Assembly: GCA_000442015.1 (NCBI GenBank)
Contig: KE560824.1
Location: forward strand, 1-53,987
Direction of reading: 5' to 3'
Source: Rozella allomycis CSF55
Lineage: Eukaryota
Length of the DNA stretch: 53,987 nt
Numbering within the stretch: the first letter of the stretch is position 1; each line of letters begins with the position of its first letter. Below, one piece after another: positions 52,123 through 53,987 of this stretch. The notes beneath the pieces are model-generated. The model had not been told where the DNA came from. It worked only from the letters and a program-made list of their open reading frames with translations, and made no database searches. The position numbers and the translations under genes are program-made.

Positions 52123-52188
52123 GTGGTGCGGGGAAATGACATTTTTTTGGTGGTGCGGGGGAATGACTTTAGTGGTGCGGGGGAATGA
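52123..52188 (+). repeat. Three spaced copies of GTGGTGCGGGG(G/A)AATGA
   Basis: Copies start at 52123, 52150 and 52172 in intergenic DNA. Confidence 0.9.
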
Positions 52189-52357
52189 TGATCTCGTCCT
52201 TAATACGCGTCAACATTCACTATTATATATTAATGTTACCGAGACGGGAGATGAAGTTCAACACGTTTTTCTAATTAAGTAATGTACAGAGACAATAGAT
52301 CTATGCAGGGGCAAGTATAGGAATAGGGCGCCCAATCTGCTAAGCCATTAATTCCAG

Positions 52358-53055
52358 ATGAAAATTTTTCTACTCTTCAAATTTATCATACTTGCTGCGT
52401 GTTCGTCATCATCTAATAACTTTAAGGACTGTTTGGAAGACAAAGGCATAAAAGCTGCCGGTGAATACATTTGGGATACCGTTTCTTCTCGTGATCTGGT
52501 CAAGTACAAAGACATTAGTCGCGAGATTTTCAACATTTTGCGTGACCGCCCACTTACTACTAAACTTCTGGGAGACGGTTATTTGTCCGTTAGAGATGCC
52601 ATATATGCAATCTTATTCAGATTGAAACAGCGAATGGTAATATAATGTGTCTAGGAAAATAGATTAATCGAAAAAATGCGTTGCTAAGAAAAGCTGGTGC
52701 CAACTTTGCCCTGCCTGACAGTAATTTTGTTGTAAAATTTTTCAACTAGATAATAATCCTGCTCATGAAGGATTGAATGCTATCGACAGAGATTTGGCTG
52801 AGATAGAAAAGTCAATTGAAAACTGCGAAAAACTATTTGAAGGCTTTCAAGTCGCGGTACATGATATTGAAGACTCCTCTTCCAGTATGGAGGAATCTTT
52901 GAATACATCAGAGTGCTCATTTACAGAAGCTTTTTATCACACTCAACATGACCTAATAAAAGAATATGAAGATCTTGATAATAAGCTAGACNGAATATGA
53001 AGATCTTGATAATAAGCTAGACAAGTGGTTGCAAACGTTGGCCAACGATGACTGA
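52358..53055 (+). CDS. Secreted hypothetical coiled-coil protein (multi-exon, spans gap)
   Basis: Signal peptide MKIFLLFKFIILAAC; two short GT-AG introns link ORFs 52358 and 52773. Confidence 0.6.
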
Positions 53056-53354
53056 AAAGTAATTAAATAAACAGAACATCTCATTTTTCAGAATCAGACT
53101 CAGAAGTCACATTTATTGTATGATAATTTTCAAAATTTATTCTCAATTGGAAATCAGCTTTTCATAGCCATTTTTAAACTCTTTACAGACATTGAAAGAC
53201 ATTTGGGTTGATTTCCAGCTTTTAGAGAGATTTATTTCTTTTAACGGGAAAATGCAAGATAAATGTCTTTCGCTGCCGATATTATATCAATCATTTGCCA
53301 ATTATATCGATTCATTTACAAATCTTGCATCGTCAACACCCAAGCCACACAAAG

Positions 53355-53887
53355 ATGATGATATTTTTCTTCGCTCTACTAAATTTGGTTCTGGGGTGTA
53401 TTATTCCAAAACCAGACTACGTCTACAATGGATCAAATACCAAAAACTCAATAGTGGCAGATACAAAGGAACCAAATAGTAGTCATGTTAGTATTGGTAA
53501 GGCAAGATTTTTGATGTTAAAGGTATCGGCCAAAAAGAAGATCTTAAGGATCTTACTAATACCAATAATCAAGATTTGCCTTTAGAACAAACTGCTGCCA
53601 GCGATGTTAATGCCAAGTCATCCATGGATCAAGACGAAGAGGTCATATCTATGATAGATAGGTGTCTAGATCGTTTAAGAAAAAGCATCAATGGGGTCCA
53701 TTTTTCGCAGGAAGAAAATTTTGATGTCCGTAACAAAAATGAAGAAACAATGATGAATATGAGAAACTCACAATCTGAAGAGGGCGATGATCTCTTGAAA
53801 CGCGTAGATAGATGTTTGCACTTGATTAAAGAGATCGGAAACAGGCAGAACTCGAGAATACATGCGCGAGTGATAAGGAAAATGTAA
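53355..53887 (+). CDS. Secreted hypothetical protein with duplicated DRCL helix
   Basis: Signal MMIFFFALLNLVLG; a 26-nt intron joins it to ORF 53576; MIDRCLDRL / RVDRCLHLI repeat. Confidence 0.6.
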
Positions 53888-53987
53888 TTTCATTTGGTCT
53901 TAATAAATTTCTATCCATGTCGCACTTAAAGTTCTATAATATAAGGGTTTCGCTATGAGCATTGTAGTACATACACAATTCGTCGGC

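Noticed and set aside
52123-52188. CRISPR-like repeat array
   Set aside because: Spacers are only a few nt, there are no cas genes, and the context is eukaryotic.
52962-53022. 30-bp direct repeat GAATATGAAGATCTTGATAATAAGCTAGAC
   Set aside because: It straddles N 52992, so it is a contig-overlap artefact.

Overview
AT-rich, very gene-dense eukaryotic scaffold with six single-N assembly gaps (2800, 24886, 30772, 33795, 43270, 52992). Genes carry tiny GT-AG introns of about 25-31 nt. Fungal-type genes (ICE2, Pho85, Rua1-C domain, kexin) occur together with flagellar genes (IFT122, RSPH10B-like, CFAP54-like), which suggests a zoosporic early-diverging fungus or relative such as Rozella (inference). 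The standout feature is a ~3 kb candidate mobile element (30773-33794) bracketed by tRNA-Asp(GTC) fragments. It encodes an apparently intact Crypton/Ndc10-type tyrosine recombinase convergent with a SAP-like + RuvC/Ydc2-like resolvase ORF. Its right end joins tRNA-Asp at the T-loop, and its ends share inverted CTGTTACT motifs, so it may be a tRNA-targeting integrative element in a eukaryote. Other highlights: introns that appear to need non-AG acceptors, the minor-spliceosome factor RBM48, a ~2000-aa surface protein split over five ORFs, a bacterial-like DUF4832 gene, and a hidden Sen15-like gene.
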